Under the pieces are notes generated by a model. It did no database searches. It was not told the DNA's origin and worked only from the letters and a program-made list of their open reading frames with translations. This document shows, in pieces, positions 13,350 through 27,075 of a stretch of DNA of 64,000 nt. The translations under genes were made by a program, and so were the position numbers. Origin of the DNA: Eledone cirrhosa. Lineage: Eukaryota. Location: the NCBI GenBank assembly GCA_964016885.1, contig OZ024748.1:16244001-16308000 (forward strand). The letters run 5' to 3'. How positions within the stretch are numbered: position 1 is the first letter of the stretch; every line of letters starts with the position of its first letter.

Positions 13350-14276
13350 TTTTAGTATTCACATTACTCTATATTTACTATTACATTTTCACAGTAAACA
13401 CTTTATTTCACATAATTATCTCACATAATATCGAATCTATAAGATTTTGATATTTATTTTGAGAACAATATCTTAACATCAGTATGAGTAGCTAGTTATG
13501 GTTGGTTACAACAGAAAAAGATGAGAGAATTTTGGCCGGATATGGCCAGTTTGAACAGAAAGAGGTGAGAGAATTCTGGATGGATACAGTAAGTTTAACC
13601 CTTTAGCATTCACATTACTCTATATATACTATTATATTTTCATGGAAAAGACTTTATCTCATATACTTATCTCACATAATATCGAATCTATGAGATTTTG
13701 AAGGTATTTATTTTGAGAACAATACCTTAACATCAGTTTGAGTGACCAGTTACAGCCAGTTTCAATGGAAAAAGGTAGAGAATTCTGGCCGGTTTGAACA
13801 TTAAAGGGTTAAACAACTTTAGAAAATATAAGATTCAAGAAACCACATTACAACAACAGCAGTATAGCTGTATTACATACAAGTATCAACTCTTGATACC
13901 AAACCACCTGAAATAACCCTGAATCTATTATACAAAACTACTTATTTAAACATTCTTACACATGTATTAAATTCAACTCTCGTGATTTTGTTCAACCCTT
14001 TAGCGTTTACATTACTCTATATTTACTATTTTATTTTCATGGTAAAGGCTTTATCTAACATAATTATCTCATATAATATCAAATCTACAAGATTTTGATA
14101 TTATTCATGAGGAGAACAATACTTTAACATTATTATGAGTGACAAGTTACTGTTGGTTTGAACAGAAAGGGTGAGAGAATTCTGGCGGATACGGCCGGTT
14201 TAAATACTAAAGGGTTAAATCCAACTATCTTGAGTTTAATTCTTTAGCATTTACATTATTCTATATTTATTCTATA
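13350..14276. mobile_element. Cluster of four P1 MITEs (13350-13595 partial, 13595-13812, 13991-14218, 14236 onward split by a Helitron)
   Basis: Repeated CCCTTTAGC.TT.ACATTACTCTATA...CTAAAGGGTTAA. The last copy resumes at 15175-15272. Confidence 0.8.
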
Positions 14277-15174
14277 CTAGCAGTAAAGCCCGGCATTGCT
14301 CGGGGTCTCTCAGTAGCTGTGTTAAAGTTACAATGTTAAGTTTCTTTTTTGGCTTAAAAACTGTAGTGTCTACTGTGCAGACTTGCATGTGGTGTTTTTG
14401 ATTAATATTCCCTCAACCAACAATATGCCTTATGAAGTTAAGAAAACATAACGATAACCCGAATGTTATAACAAAAGAGGATGCTGGGGATAAAAACTGC
14501 ACTGGTTATTTATTAACAAAGATCGAAAATGTAAACACTGCAACGCAGAGAAAAACATTAGCGTAACCAAATTATCAGTTATGTCTGTCTGCAGGCCTAT
14601 ATCACCTCTCTGCACGACTGTCTGTCTGCACGCCTATATCACCTCTCTGCACGACTGTCTGTCTGCACGTCTATATCACCTCTCTGCACGACTGTCTGTC
14701 TGCACGCGTATATCACCGCTCTGCACGACTGTCTGTCTGCACGCCTAACGACGAAATATTTGCTTGTTTTACGTAGTCTTTAAATAGACTTGTTTTCAAG
14801 TAAAAATATTGTTTTAAAATGCTTTTAAATGGAAATGAAGCAAAACGGAAGTTTAGTGTTCGAACTGATGAATTTTGCAGGTCAATATTTTGCTGGCTCG
14901 ACAACTGTTAAAGCCAGCGTAATTTTTTACGTAAGACGCTCAATGTAAACAGAACAAAGGGAAATAACTGATAACTTACGCTCAAAAATCGATACATTAT
15001 ATTCGATTTCGTCACATAGGGTGGGTCAATTTGAAATTTTTTTTTTCCGATGTCTTCGCTAGGGCTCAATGTACAAGTCTAGCAATTTCGGTGCAATTCC
15101 GTGAGAGATTCTAAGAGGAGATGTGTGCCAAAAATCGATAGACAGACAGACAACCACAGTTTTATATATATAGA
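14277..15174 (-). mobile_element. Non-autonomous Helitron H1 with internal 37-bp minisatellite (14582-14745)
   Basis: Minus strand starts A|TCTATATAT and ends with hairpin CCCGAGCAATGCCGGG then CTAG|T. No TSD. (CAGA)n near the 5' end. Confidence 0.85.
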
Positions 15175-15269
15175 TTGTATTTTCATGGTAAAGGATTAAT
15201 TTCACATAATTATCTCATATAATATCGAATCTAAAAGATTTTGATATTATTCATTTTAAGAACACTACC

Positions 15270-16230
15270 TTAACCTCGGCGGGATTTGAACTCAGACTGT
15301 AAAGGGCTGCAACTCTATGCTGCAAAGCATAGTGTCCGACCCTCTACCGAAACTGATAATGAAAACATTAACAATCTTTTCTGATTTAGGCACAAGGACA
15401 ACAATTTTTGTTGGAAGAGAAAGTTAATTACTGGTACTTTATTTTATTGACCCCATTAGGATGAAAGGCAAAGCTAACTTTGGCAAAAATATGAACTCAG
15501 AACTTAAAGGGACGTAACTATATGCCCCAATTCTTGATTATTTCCAAAATTATTTGAGTATCATCGACATTGCTTTCCATTAGAAATATTATCACGAAAA
15601 GGTTGAAGACAGTAAGTAGGATGAAATTTGAGAAGATTTCGCCTCATTTTGGTGGCTTGCTTTTATTTCCCCGCTGAAAATCTGGATATTGGTTCTTTAG
15701 AAATAGTCATGTATTATATGAGTTATATAAAATTGAAAGTGGTTCACATTACAGTCCATTGTAATGGACGTTCTTATTTAGTGATTATTGAACTAAATAA
15801 ACTAAGAAATTTTCTCAGACACTGTAGAAACAATAATAATTGTTTCTACTTTTGGCACAAGGCCAGCAATTATCCCAGTGCATTACTGGTACTTTATTTT
15901 ATCGACCCTGTAAGGATGAAAAGCAAAGTTAACCTCAGCGGGATTTGAACTCAGATCATACAGGGAGGTAACTATGCTTCAAAGCATGGCGTCCGACACT
16001 TACCGATACTGCCAATCCACCGCCCTAATCATAATAATAATTGTTTCTACTTTTGGCACAAGGCCAGCAATTACCCAGTGCATTACTGGTACTTTATTTT
16101 ATCGACCCCGTAAGGATGAAAGGCAAAGTTAACCACGGCGGGATTTGAACTCAGATCATGCAGGGAGGGAACTCTATGCTTCAAAGCATGGCGTCCGACC
16201 CTCTACCGATACTGCCAATCCACCGCCTTA
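15270..16230 (-). mobile_element. SINE A copies (15270-15360, 15372-15530, 15832-16027, 16032-16230)
   Basis: Reverse complement of SINE A; the last two are head-to-tail. Confidence 0.8.
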
Positions 16231-16584
16231 ATAATAATAATGATAATGGTTTCTTTATTGTCCACAAGGGCTAACATGAAGAAAAACATTACAGATGGCA
16301 CAGGACGATACAAAGTGGGTTTTGGCTGTGTAGGAGGCTTATAAAAGACAGAAACGTGTAAAATAAATTAAAATTAAAAATAATAATAATAGTAATAACA
16401 ACATTGCTAGCATTGTTTTTATAATTTCTTCTGACAATAAATTTACACATTAAAGATATTTTGTAAATACCACGCTTGTTTGTAATTAGTTTTTGAAAAA
16501 AAAAAAAAGACTGAAAAAGAAAGAAAAAAGAATAAAACAAAAGAAAAAAAGCATAAATATCATCATCATTATAATTTAATGCTC

Positions 16585-17042
<458 letters not shown>

Positions 17043-17409
17043 TTCCCATCTTTTGAATGGGGGGTATTTTCTTTGGAAAAAAAGAACCCCCCCCCCTCAA
17101 AAAAAAAAAAATAAACATAATCCACCACACCACACCTTAACCCCCCAGAAAAAATACATATAAAAAAAAAAAATTCCGATATAAAGCTACAAAAATCCAT
17201 GAATAATATAAATGATAAAGTGAAGCAATGCTAACCTTTGCAAAAATCTATTTCTAAAAGTAGCAGCAGATATTAAAATTTCTGAGATTGTTTTGAAATA
17301 AACTGGAAGATATTTGAATTGTAGTTCAAAATATCATCAATAATATCAGATATGTGTTTATTATTAGTTTTCTAGACTTTCATGTCTGAGTGATACTAAA
17401 TAATTGGTA

Positions 17410-17935
17410 AACGGTGGTGTTGTTGGTGGTGGTGGTAGAAGTGGTTTTGGGGTAGTGGTGTTGGTAGGGGTAGTGATGATAGTGGTGGAAGTGGTGGTGG
17501 TGGTGGTGGTGGTGGTGATGGTAGATGTGGTGGTGGTGATGGTAGTAATGGTGGTAAAGGTGGTGTTTGTGTTAAAAGTGGTGGTGGTGGGGTGTTGGTG
17601 TTGGTAGGGGTGTGTGTGTGGGGGGGGTAGTGATGGTAGTGGTGGCAGTGGTGGTGGTGATGGTAGATGTGGTGGTGGTGTTGGTAGTGTTGGTGGTGGT
17701 ACTGGTAGTGTTGTTGGTGGTGGTAAATGTGTTGGTGGTGGTAAATGTGTTGGTGGTGGCAGTGGTGTTGGTGGTGGCAGTGGTGTTGGTAGTGTTGGTG
17801 GTAGTAAAGATGTTGGTGTTGTTGGTAGTGGTGGTGGTGGTGATGGTGCTGTTGTGGTGGTGGTGTTGGTGGTGGTGTTGTGGGTGGTGGTGTTGGTGGT
17901 GGTGTTGTGGGTGGTGGTGGTCATGGTAGTGTTGG
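17410..17935. repeat. (GGT)n-rich low-complexity tract
   Basis: Direct reading. Confidence 0.9.
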
Positions 17936-17936
17936 A

Positions 17937-18095
17937 AGGAACAATCAACCACATTGTTTCTGGCTACCCAGCTCTACGCCATAGGTGCTGAGCTGGCCAG
18001 CCGCAGGTGTAAGCCCCACAAGTTGGAGTGGCTTTTCCAGCGCGTCTCCCTTGCCGTCCTCTGGGGAAACTCCTTCTGTATTCTGTCCGCCGGGG
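17937..18095 (+). pseudogene. Stub of RLE-type non-LTR elements: TINHIVSG.P motif fused to a CRE-like C-terminus
   Basis: LEWLFQRVSLAVLWGNSFCIL resembles the LFQR.S.A.QRGN end of CRE-clade ORFs. GC-rich island. Confidence 0.6.
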
Positions 18096-18204
18096 CTGTG
18101 TGTGTGTGTGGGGGGGGGGGGGGGGGGTATCATTCCACTGAATCAACTTGAAAATTATTTATGCTTCTTTTTCCACCAAAAAGGAATACACTGTTAATAA
18201 AGGT

Positions 18205-18700
18205 ACAAACACACTCCAGAAAAAGTGTCAGAGAGTGACAAAGCAACCATTCTCTGGGAAAAGCCAATACATTCAGACAGCGAGATTAAAGGTAACTGAC
18301 AGATGTTATAGCCATATACCACAAAGAAAAAAAATGCCTTCTAACAGATGTATCTATCCACACACAAGGCAATATATCTTCCAAGGAAATAGAATAGAGA
18401 AACTCTCCAAATATAAAGATCTAGAGATAGAAATGACGCAAATGTGGAAAATGAAAACAAAACAATACCTATAATAAAAGGTTCTCTGAGAATGATAAAA
18501 AAAAACACAGACAAATACATAGCCAAAACCTCAGGACTTACAAATATATACAGCATACAATAGATAGCACTATTAGGCATTGCACACATATTACCTAAAG
18601 TACTATCAACACAATAGAAACAACATCAGCAAAACTGCACTGCACATACCCAAGGCATACAGAGCTGTGCTTGGAAAAGCAGTAATGATGCACAATAAAA
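18205..18700 (+). pseudogene. Degenerate R4/Dong-type RLE retrotransposon 3' fragment
   Basis: Frameshifted translation gives EKLSKYKDLEIE..MWKMKT and ALLGIAHILPKVL. Ends at (AAT)n. Confidence 0.75.
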
Positions 18701-18740
18701 ATAATCATGGAAATAATAATAATAATAATAATAATAATCA

Positions 18741-19305
18741 TGGAGACACGATGTGATGGGCAGGGTGATCCACTGGCACCTGTGCAAAGTAAACAATCTA
18801 CCACATTCTGAGAAATGGTATGAGCATAGGCCAGAGGCGGTGATGGAGAACAGTCAGGTGAAGGTGCTGTGGGATTTTAGGATACAGACGGACAAAAAAC
18901 TGGAACACAATAGACCTGACCTGGTGGTTGTGGACAAAGAAAAAAGATCGTGCCTGATTGTGGATGTGGCCTGCCCGTTCGACACGAGAGTGCAAGAGAA
19001 GGAGAGGGAGAAAATTAACCGATACCAGGACCTAAAGTGGGAGGTGAAAAGGATTTGGAACTGCCATGAAGTCAAAGTGATCCCGATTGTCATAGGCGCA
19101 CTGGGGACTATCTCCAAAGGTTTCCAGGGATGGTTAAAGAAAATCGGCCCCTTCACGCTTTTTGGAACGCTTCAAAAGGCATGCTTGCTTGGAACGGCAA
19201 GAACCCTCCGATACGTCCTGAATATCTGAGGCTGCAGGTAGTGGCTTGATATTCAATCCAACGGACTTTCCAGTTAACCAACATCAATGACTGAGATTCA
19301 AGGAA
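18741..19305 (+). mobile_element. R4/Dong-type non-LTR retrotransposon 3' end with intact restriction-like endonuclease ORF (18753-19229)
   Basis: RHD...IHW.LC, LWDF.IQTD...NRPD.VVVDK...IVDVACP, EK..RYQDLK.E, PIVIGALG, QKACLLGTA. Flanked by (AAT)n. Confidence 0.9.
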
Positions 19306-19398
19306 TAACAATAACAATAATAATCATAATAATTATTTCTACTTTTGGCACAAGGCCAGCAATTATCCCAGTGCATTACTGATAATAATAATATTAAT

Positions 19399-19567
19399 AA
19401 AGGAGGAGAAAATTAACTGACACCAGGATTTAAAGTGGGAATTAAAAAGAACTTGGGACTGTCATGAGATCAAGGTCATCCTGATTGTCATAGGATTCCT
19501 AGGTACTATCTCAAAGAGTTTTCAAGGATGGTTAAAGAACATTAGTCCACCCCACTTTTTTGGAACA
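19399..19567 (+). pseudogene. Third R4/Dong-type fragment
   Basis: Diverged copy of ~19005-19168, between (AAT)n tracts. Confidence 0.75.
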
Positions 19568-19899
19568 ATAATAATAATAATTATCGGACAAATTCTAATC
19601 ATAAACATATTTACAATAAATAGAAGAATGTGCTTTGAGAAAAAAAACAGTTGTTTCGGATTTTTAATTCATTTTTCTATTTTGCTTTAAATAAGAGATT
19701 CTGATGAAGATTGTTGGTGTCCATTAATATTCTAGGTGGTTCGGGACTGAAGTGTGAAGGAGTGATGGATAAATAATGATTTATTAGGTGACATCTGCAA
19801 TGAAATGTGACTGGGGAAAGATAGGAGGTTGGCTATGTTACAGTGGCATGGGGTGGGATGGATCATGGAGGAATGGATGGAAGGTGGTTTTAAATTGTA

Positions 19900-20300
19900 A
19901 AGTGTTTAGTAGTACATGGTATAAACAGCTACATAGCATAGCTGTGGTGATAGAAGAAGGGTGAAAGGTGAAATATAGGGAAGTGTGGTGGAGGTATTAG
20001 TACATTTATAAGGTGGTGGGTTGGATGAAAGGTAGATGGAATATAGCAAAAAGTGGCAGAGTTGTTGGTACATTGAATAGAAGTGGTGGTGGGGTAGAGG
20101 GTGCAATATAGTGAAGTGTGGCAAAATATTAAATGGGAGGCGGGTAGAGGGTGGAATATATTGAGGTGTGGTACAGTTGTTAGTACAGTGAGTAGCTGAA
20201 GGGTGGAATATAGTAAAGTGCGACAGAGTTATTAGTACAATGAATTGAAGGGTGGGATATAGCAAAGTGTGGCAGCGTTGTTAGAACATTGAACAGAACA
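19900..20300. repeat. Degenerate minisatellite (GGAATATAG.AAAGTGTGGCAGAGTTGTTAGTACA)
   Basis: Motif recurs about 6 times. Confidence 0.6.
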
Positions 20301-20704
20301 CTTTGCAAGTATCTGTTCCGAATCTCTGTGCTTTGAGTTCAAATCCTACCGAGGTCAATTTTGCTTTTTGTACTTTTGAGGTCAATAAATAAAGTACCAC
20401 TGCCTTCCTCCATCTTCACCTTCCTCCAACCCCCTTTCCCTCCACCTCCTCACACCAGTCTCTTACCCCCTCTCCCCTTTCTTATTTCCCTTTTCTGTCT
20501 TCCACTCTATTACTCTTTCCCACATTTTCTCTCTCTCCACATCTCTCGTTTCCACCCCTCTCCCTCCCCCAGCTCTCTCTCTCTCTCTCTGGAAGAGATC
20601 AGCGATGTTCCCACCTAAAGAAGGGATGAGCAGTGCCTCATAGGTGAAAATGCCCAATATCACACAACAGCAGCACCCTCCTTACAATGACTCCCCTATG
20701 GAAT

Positions 20705-20820
20705 TTAACCTTTAGCATGCTCTAGGCGCCTTATGTCACCAATAGAGTAATCTCCCTTCAATACATAATGCAATGTCAAGGGAAGCAATTCATGAAAACA
20801 TTCAGCATGCTAAAGATTAA
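20705..20820. mobile_element. TTAA MITE family P2; second copy at 55535-55882 interrupted by P1 (55587-55823)
   Basis: TTAACCTTTAGCATGCT...AGCATGCTAAAGATTAA. Internal AGAGTAATCTCC and ATAATGCAAT.TCAAGG shared with the 55535 copy. Confidence 0.7.
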
Positions 20821-21309
20821 CGAGCCACAGCATGGCATGACATGACATGACATGACATGACTGCAGTAACTAATGTTATAAGTTCCTTAATGCACTCATA
20901 CAAAAATAATGTTATGATAAAACTAACATAACATGAATGCATTTCCCCAAGCTTGTTTCCCTGTTCTCAAATATATGCATGTCAACAATTCATGCAACTG
21001 TCAGTCCTAACAAATAGAAATATCTTTACAGCAGCCATATTTGTTTGCTGTGAATTGTTAAAGGAATGAAATAATATGGGATTTCTTAAAAGAAATTGGT
21101 TTGTTATATTACCGGTATCATTCAACTGTAAACATAAAAGATGTTATATTTTATTGGCAGAGGTAACTGTGACATAATCATAGCTTAAACACCTACATTT
21201 AGATGTCGAGATTTTACATATACATATATAAATATGTATATGTATATATATGATTTTACATATACATATATAAATATGTATATGTGCATATATATGTATA
21301 TATATATAT

Positions 21310-21675
21310 CTTGCATGCTCCGCTGGATGTGTAATAGTAATATACATGAACAGCAAAGCATAAATGAACTAAGTGAGAAATTAGGAATAAGAGGGATCAG
21401 ATGCTGTTTACTTGAGAGAAGACTACGTTGGTATGGTCACGTGATGCGCATGAAAGACGACAGCTGTATAAAAAAGTGCAGGGCGATAAAAATAGATGGT
21501 AGCCATGGAGTAGGCAGACCCAGAAAAACCTGGGACGACTTGAAACGTGGTTGGTGTTAGGAAGGGCATCCAGCCGTAGAAAACCCACCAGACAATCTTG
21601 CCTCAAGTGGGAAAACTCCCGTCCAAACCCATGCAAGCATGGAAGATGGACGTTAAACGATGATGATGATGATGA
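21310..21675 (+). mobile_element. RTE 3' fragment with internal deletion
   Basis: CMLRWMCNSN...GRPRKTWDD joined directly to the 3'UTR GGTTGGTGTTAGGAAGGGCATCC and a (GAT)n tail. Confidence 0.85.
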
Positions 21676-22494
21676 TCTATGTGCATATATTTATATATGT
21701 GCATATATATGTGTATGTACATATATATAAGTATATATATATATATGTTGTATATTGTATATAAACATATAGTATATTTATTATATATATATACATATTG
21801 TATATTTATTATATATAGAGTGATCAACTTATCGATTTATTTATTATATATATATTGTATAGTTATTATATATATATAAACATATTGTATATTAAATATA
21901 AACTTATTGTATATGCCTCTATCCTGAATCATGCTGTGCTAAAGCTCCTGCTAATAAATAGATTTTGTATAGGATCAATTTTTATTACACCTGCATATGT
22001 TTAACAAATATGTTTAACACGCAAGTGAAAATATGTGGGCTAGTGGTTAGTGTTCTGTGCTTAGGATTCTAAGGTTGTGATCGTGTGTTGTGGCTTTGAG
22101 CAAGACATTTTATTTTATGTTTCTGCAGTTCACTCAGCTGTAGAAATAAAAATGACAAGGTCAAAACAAATTGATGAAATGAGTAAAACTATAACAGCTT
22201 AGTGGTTACAGAATTGTTATTAGTTTGATTCCTGAATGGGGGCTATGTGTTGTATCCTTGAGTAAGATACTTTATGAAGGCCAGGGAGATGATGGTGGAT
22301 GAAGCAAATAATAGGGCAAAATGGAGAAACATGTTAAGGAGAACTATACAGGTCTAACCCCTGCTTCTGCAGTGTATATAACTTTAAAACACTTGTTGTT
22401 GTAGACATGACAATATATAAAGGCATAATTACTTCAAGAAAATGTCTTATATATATATACAGTTGTTGTATGGTTGCAATTAAATGCGTCCGTA

Positions 22495-22577
<83 letters not shown>

Positions 22578-22582
<5 letters not shown>

Positions 22583-22770
22583 TGTTTCTACTTTTGGCAC
22601 AAGACAGCAATTACCCAGTGTATTACTGGTACTTTATTTTATCGACCCCGTAAGGATGAAAGGCAAAGTTAACCTCGGCGGGATTTGAACTCAGAATGGC
22701 AAGGGCCATAACTCCATACGTCAAAGCATGGCGTCCGACCCTCTACCGATACTGCCAATCCACCGCCCTT
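22578..22770 (-). mobile_element. SINE A
   Basis: Full reverse-complement copy within (AAT)n. Confidence 0.88.
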
Positions 22771-22974
22771 AATAATAATAAAATAATAATAATAAAAGGA
22801 TGATTTGTTATATCTTCATTACATTTATTGATTGGTGATGCATGTTTTGCTATTGATCAGCTCAAGATTCGATCTATATCAATCTGGCCCAACTCTAGAA
22901 TCAAAAGCTTGTCGGACTTCTGCAGAAGGAACCCATATATATATATATATATATATATCCAGGGAGTATATATG

Positions 22975-23006
<32 letters not shown>

Positions 23007-23117
23007 ATTAGCAAAATAATTTTAGCTGTAATTTTACAGGCATGGTATTATTCTATGTATCTGTAGTATGTGTGTGTGTTTGCGTGTGTGTGTGTGCACG
23101 TGCGTGTGTGTGTGTGT

Positions 23118-23415
23118 GAAGAAATGTGGCCTAGTGGTTAGGACATTTGGTTCAGGATCATAATATCGTGAGTTTGGTTCCTATGATACCAAATTGTGTC
23201 CATAGACAAGACACTTTATTTCACATTGCTCCAGTCCACTCAACGGAAAATAAAGTCAGTTGTGTCTGTAGTTTAAAGGGCTAAAACCTTGTCCCACATT
23301 TCATCATATTGACTCTCCCTGAGAATTATAGTAATGGTACATATGTATGTGAAATATTCGGCTACTTGCATGTTAACTTCATAAGTAGGCTGCTTTCATT
23401 GACCAAACAACAGTC
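23118..23415 (+). mobile_element. Older CORE-like SINE (family C); relatives at 22030-22150, 25135-25270, 27560-27900, 38955-39070, 43612-43950, 55325-55535
   Basis: TGGC(C/T)TAGTGGTTAG head and CAAGACACTTTATTTCACATTGCTCCAGT middle, with a 3' part different from SINE B. Confidence 0.7.
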
Positions 23416-24444
23416 CACCACATACATTCATGATAGAGGTATAAGCTTCTCTAACATATCGATATATACACTGACATCAGAATAGACATTTCATCATTTC
23501 CTAGATATAATCTGTCGCTTAGTTTAATACTACTACCTGGTCGTTGGGTGCATTTAGCTGAGTCAAGTCTGTTGCAAACAGTCAGTCTATGTGTCCATTC
23601 TTAGTATAATTTCCTCTCCTCCGCCATTTCCTCCTCTTACTCCTCCCACAAGTCTCAGAGTTTCTAAAAACGTTCATTCATGGACACAGTTCTCTCCTTC
23701 CTATTCCGACAAAGTCATAAAAATAAAACGCTATCCAAACATGTTTGAATATTTATATAGTTGTGATCAACTGTTGTCTTACTTAAAAGAGAATAGCTCT
23801 CTAAAGTGTCTCCAGTAAACCTATTTTATATGATAAAAGCTAAATAGACTAAGCTTATTGTTCGTAGTTAAGATAAAATGGAAGAATAATATAATCTATT
23901 TTTCTTCAAAGTCAGCAGTTTTGTGTATTGTTGTAAAAATATAAATATTTATCTGAATATTGAAACAGATGCTATGTATGTTAATATCGATACTTGGCTC
24001 CCAAAAGAAAGAAAAAAATGGATTCTCACGTATAGGTTTCTTTCTTTTTATGAATGCCTTGTATAAACGTACATTATTGTCCTCATTATACATTTGTAAT
24101 TTCAAATAGCAAAGGAGAAAGTATATTCACTCTTCTATCTCCCTCTCCTTCCTCATAGCTGTCTACATTATACATATTATATAACCTTCCAATATTGTAC
24201 AATATAGCTAATACTATCTTCTAACAATTGATGTGTATTCACTTAAAATCTACGATATAATTCCTTTCTCAATGTTTCAATGAGATAGATAGCTCAATAG
24301 AATTGCAGCCAGCTCATTAGATTTGCAGCCTTTACCAAATCTGAAATTCTGCATTAGATAATTTGTGATGGCATGTGGCCTAGAAGTAAGAATGGTGGAC
24401 GATCATAATATTATGAGTTCGATTCTTGGATTGGATTGTGTGTC

Positions 24445-24820
24445 ATCCTCATCATCATCACCGTTTTACGTCTGTTCTTCCATGCTAACATGTGTTGGAC
24501 AGGTTGTCATGTTGTTGGCAGTGTCCGGTCAGCTGACCATGTCTTGCTTATATGGGAACTGATTCTGGCTTCATTTCTACAGCTGGATGCCATTCCTAAC
24601 ACCAACCTCATTTACAGTGAGTGTTGGGTGCTTTTTTTTTTTGCCGTGGCACCTAGGGATCCCAGTCCCTATCATCTCATATCTACAGCTGAGTAAACTG
24701 GAGCAATGTGAAATAAAGTGTCTTGCTCAAGGAAACAACACATCACCCGGTCTGAGAATTGAACTCACAACCTTTCGATTGCAAGCCCAATGCTGTAACC
24801 ACTAAGCCATGCGCCGTCAC
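24445..24820 (-). mobile_element. SINE B variant with long RTE-type tail
   Basis: SINE B head and middle; tail matches RTE 3'UTR 3205-3407. Confidence 0.85.
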
Positions 24821-25436
24821 CTGTTGCATTCTTGAAAATGCCTCACTGAGGAGATTTAACAAGATTGAAACATCTACATTGCTATCATAGGTTGGCTTTA
24901 AAGACAATATTCACCTACACCATCGTTATTTTGATCATATTTTGATTAGCTAATATCATTTAGATATATTTTCCATTATTCTAGTTTTAGATACGAAACA
25001 CTCTTAAAAGAAAACTTTATTTACTAATAGCCTGGATAATCCCAAAGTTTCTCAATTCACTGTATTTTATATGTAATAAGCTACTGAATCTAATAACTAA
25101 CTGTGTGTTAATTAATAAATCCTGTTAAGATAGATGGCTTAGTGGTTATAAGATCATTAATTTGATACTCAGTGGTGCATTGTATCCTTAAACAAGACAT
25201 TTCAATGAGCTTGAGTTCACTCAGTTGGCAAAAAATGAGATATATCTATAATTCAAAGTGCCAACCTCATGACCAGACATTCACCTGCTAAGGCCATAAG
25301 CTATATGGAATTTGAAGCCATTCTCTAAAAAAAGATTCCGGTAAAACTATTTTAAATAATTACACATGATGATTATTTTATATATGAATGTTACTGATAA
25401 AGAATAAATAATATATATATATATATATATATATAT

Positions 25437-25625
25437 GTTTATCCTGGATTCAATCAGGGGTAACCACAGTAAGTAAGGTACTCAATACATAGCAGAGTAT
25501 ATATATTTAATATAGAAACGGCTTCTACAGGACTAGAACTGTTTTATTCGGAGGAAATCATCAGGAAAGCCCTGATGATTTCCTCCAAATTAAACAGTTC
25601 TAGTCCTGTAGAAGCCATTTCTATA
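25437..25625 (-). mobile_element. Hammerhead-bearing fold-back family F1, copy 1 (palindrome 25511-25625)
   Basis: Arms TTCTACAGGACTAGAACTGTTT..GGAAATCATCAGG / CCTGATGATTTCC..AAACAGTTCTAGTCCTGTAGAA. One-sided tail shared with 28040-28104, 28460-28513 and 39480-39545. Confidence 0.75.
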
Positions 25626-25685
25626 AATATATATATATAGTCATAATAAATACTAAGACCGAAATCCGAAGAGGGCTCAATAAGT

Positions 25686-25726
<41 letters not shown>

Positions 25727-25739
25727 AAATAACAATATT

Positions 25740-26390
25740 TTAAAGCTACATATGTCTATGGAATGCCCAGTCACTTGCAAGGTAATTTCATGTCCAGGCT
25801 GGCAACACCATTGGTTGAACAATTGGAACATTTGATATGAGAACCAGCACAGAGGTCCCTGAAACATATGTTAAACCTACATGTGTCTGTGTAATGCTCA
25901 GCCACTTGCAATTACTTTCACAACCAGGCTGGTGGTACCATTGATTAAAAAACTGGAACATGTGGTATCGGAATCAATAGATGTCTGACAACCATGTGTT
26001 AAAGCTACATATATCTGTGAAATACTCAAGCCACTCGCAAGTTAGTTTCACGACCAGGCTGGTTGCAACATTGATGGAAAAATTAGAACATTTGACCTGA
26101 GAACCAGCACAAAAACCATATGTTAAAGTTACACATATCTGTAGAATGCTCAGGCACCTCCAAGTTAATCTTATAACCAGGTGGGCAGCATCATTCTTTG
26201 AACAACTGGAACATATGACATGAGAGTCACCAGAGGTCCAGTCCGAGAACCATATGGTAAAGCTATAAAACTACACATGAATGTGGAATACTCAGCCACT
26301 TGCAAGTTAATTTCATAACCAGGTGGGTAGCACCATTGGTTGAACAATTACGACATATGACATGAGAACCACCAGAGGTCTGATAACACC
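25740..26390 (+). repeat. Degenerate ~125-140-bp tandem repeat, 5 units
   Basis: CTACA.AT.TCTGT..AAT.CTCAGCCACTTGCAAGTTAATTTCA..ACCAGG recurs five times. Confidence 0.8.
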
Positions 26391-26795
26391 ATGAACCCTA
26401 TTAGTTTGTTCATACTCAAAAGCTGTAAGTCTTTTCCCCATTTCTTGTCTCCATCTCATCAGCCACACAGCATTAGATTTCTTCTGAATAGAGAGTTAGA
26501 TTCAGATCATTTGAATGTAGTCACGCATCCTAATAATAATAGTAATCTTATGTAGCAAATATTGCCATTCCTGCTCATATATCTTGCTGATTGTCTCCAA
26601 AGTGGAAATTACATGCTGAAAGAATCTAAATGTTAAGACACAGAAACATAGAGGGATCATATATCCGACATTTTCCATACGAACTGAGAATATCTATCAA
26701 ATATAATTTATTGCTGCTTAACCTGAGAATACATGAATACGTGTTCATTTCATTAAATGAAGTGAAACGTGCAGATAGGAAGATTACTTGAGAGA

Positions 26796-26840
<45 letters not shown>

Positions 26841-26882
26841 TATACATATACAATATATATATATATAAATTATATATATGCT

Positions 26883-26913
<31 letters not shown>

Positions 26914-26918
26914 CTGTG

Positions 26919-26959
<41 letters not shown>

Positions 26960-27034
26960 GAATATACATATACAATATATATATATATAAATTATATATA
27001 TGCTATTTTATATATATATATATATATATCTGTG

Positions 27035-27075
<41 letters not shown>

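Noticed and set aside
22825-22935. Hammerhead-like AAAA-CAUGCA-UC..AAUAAA on the minus strand
   Set aside because: G12 is missing and there is no convincing core or stem I; at most a decayed relic.
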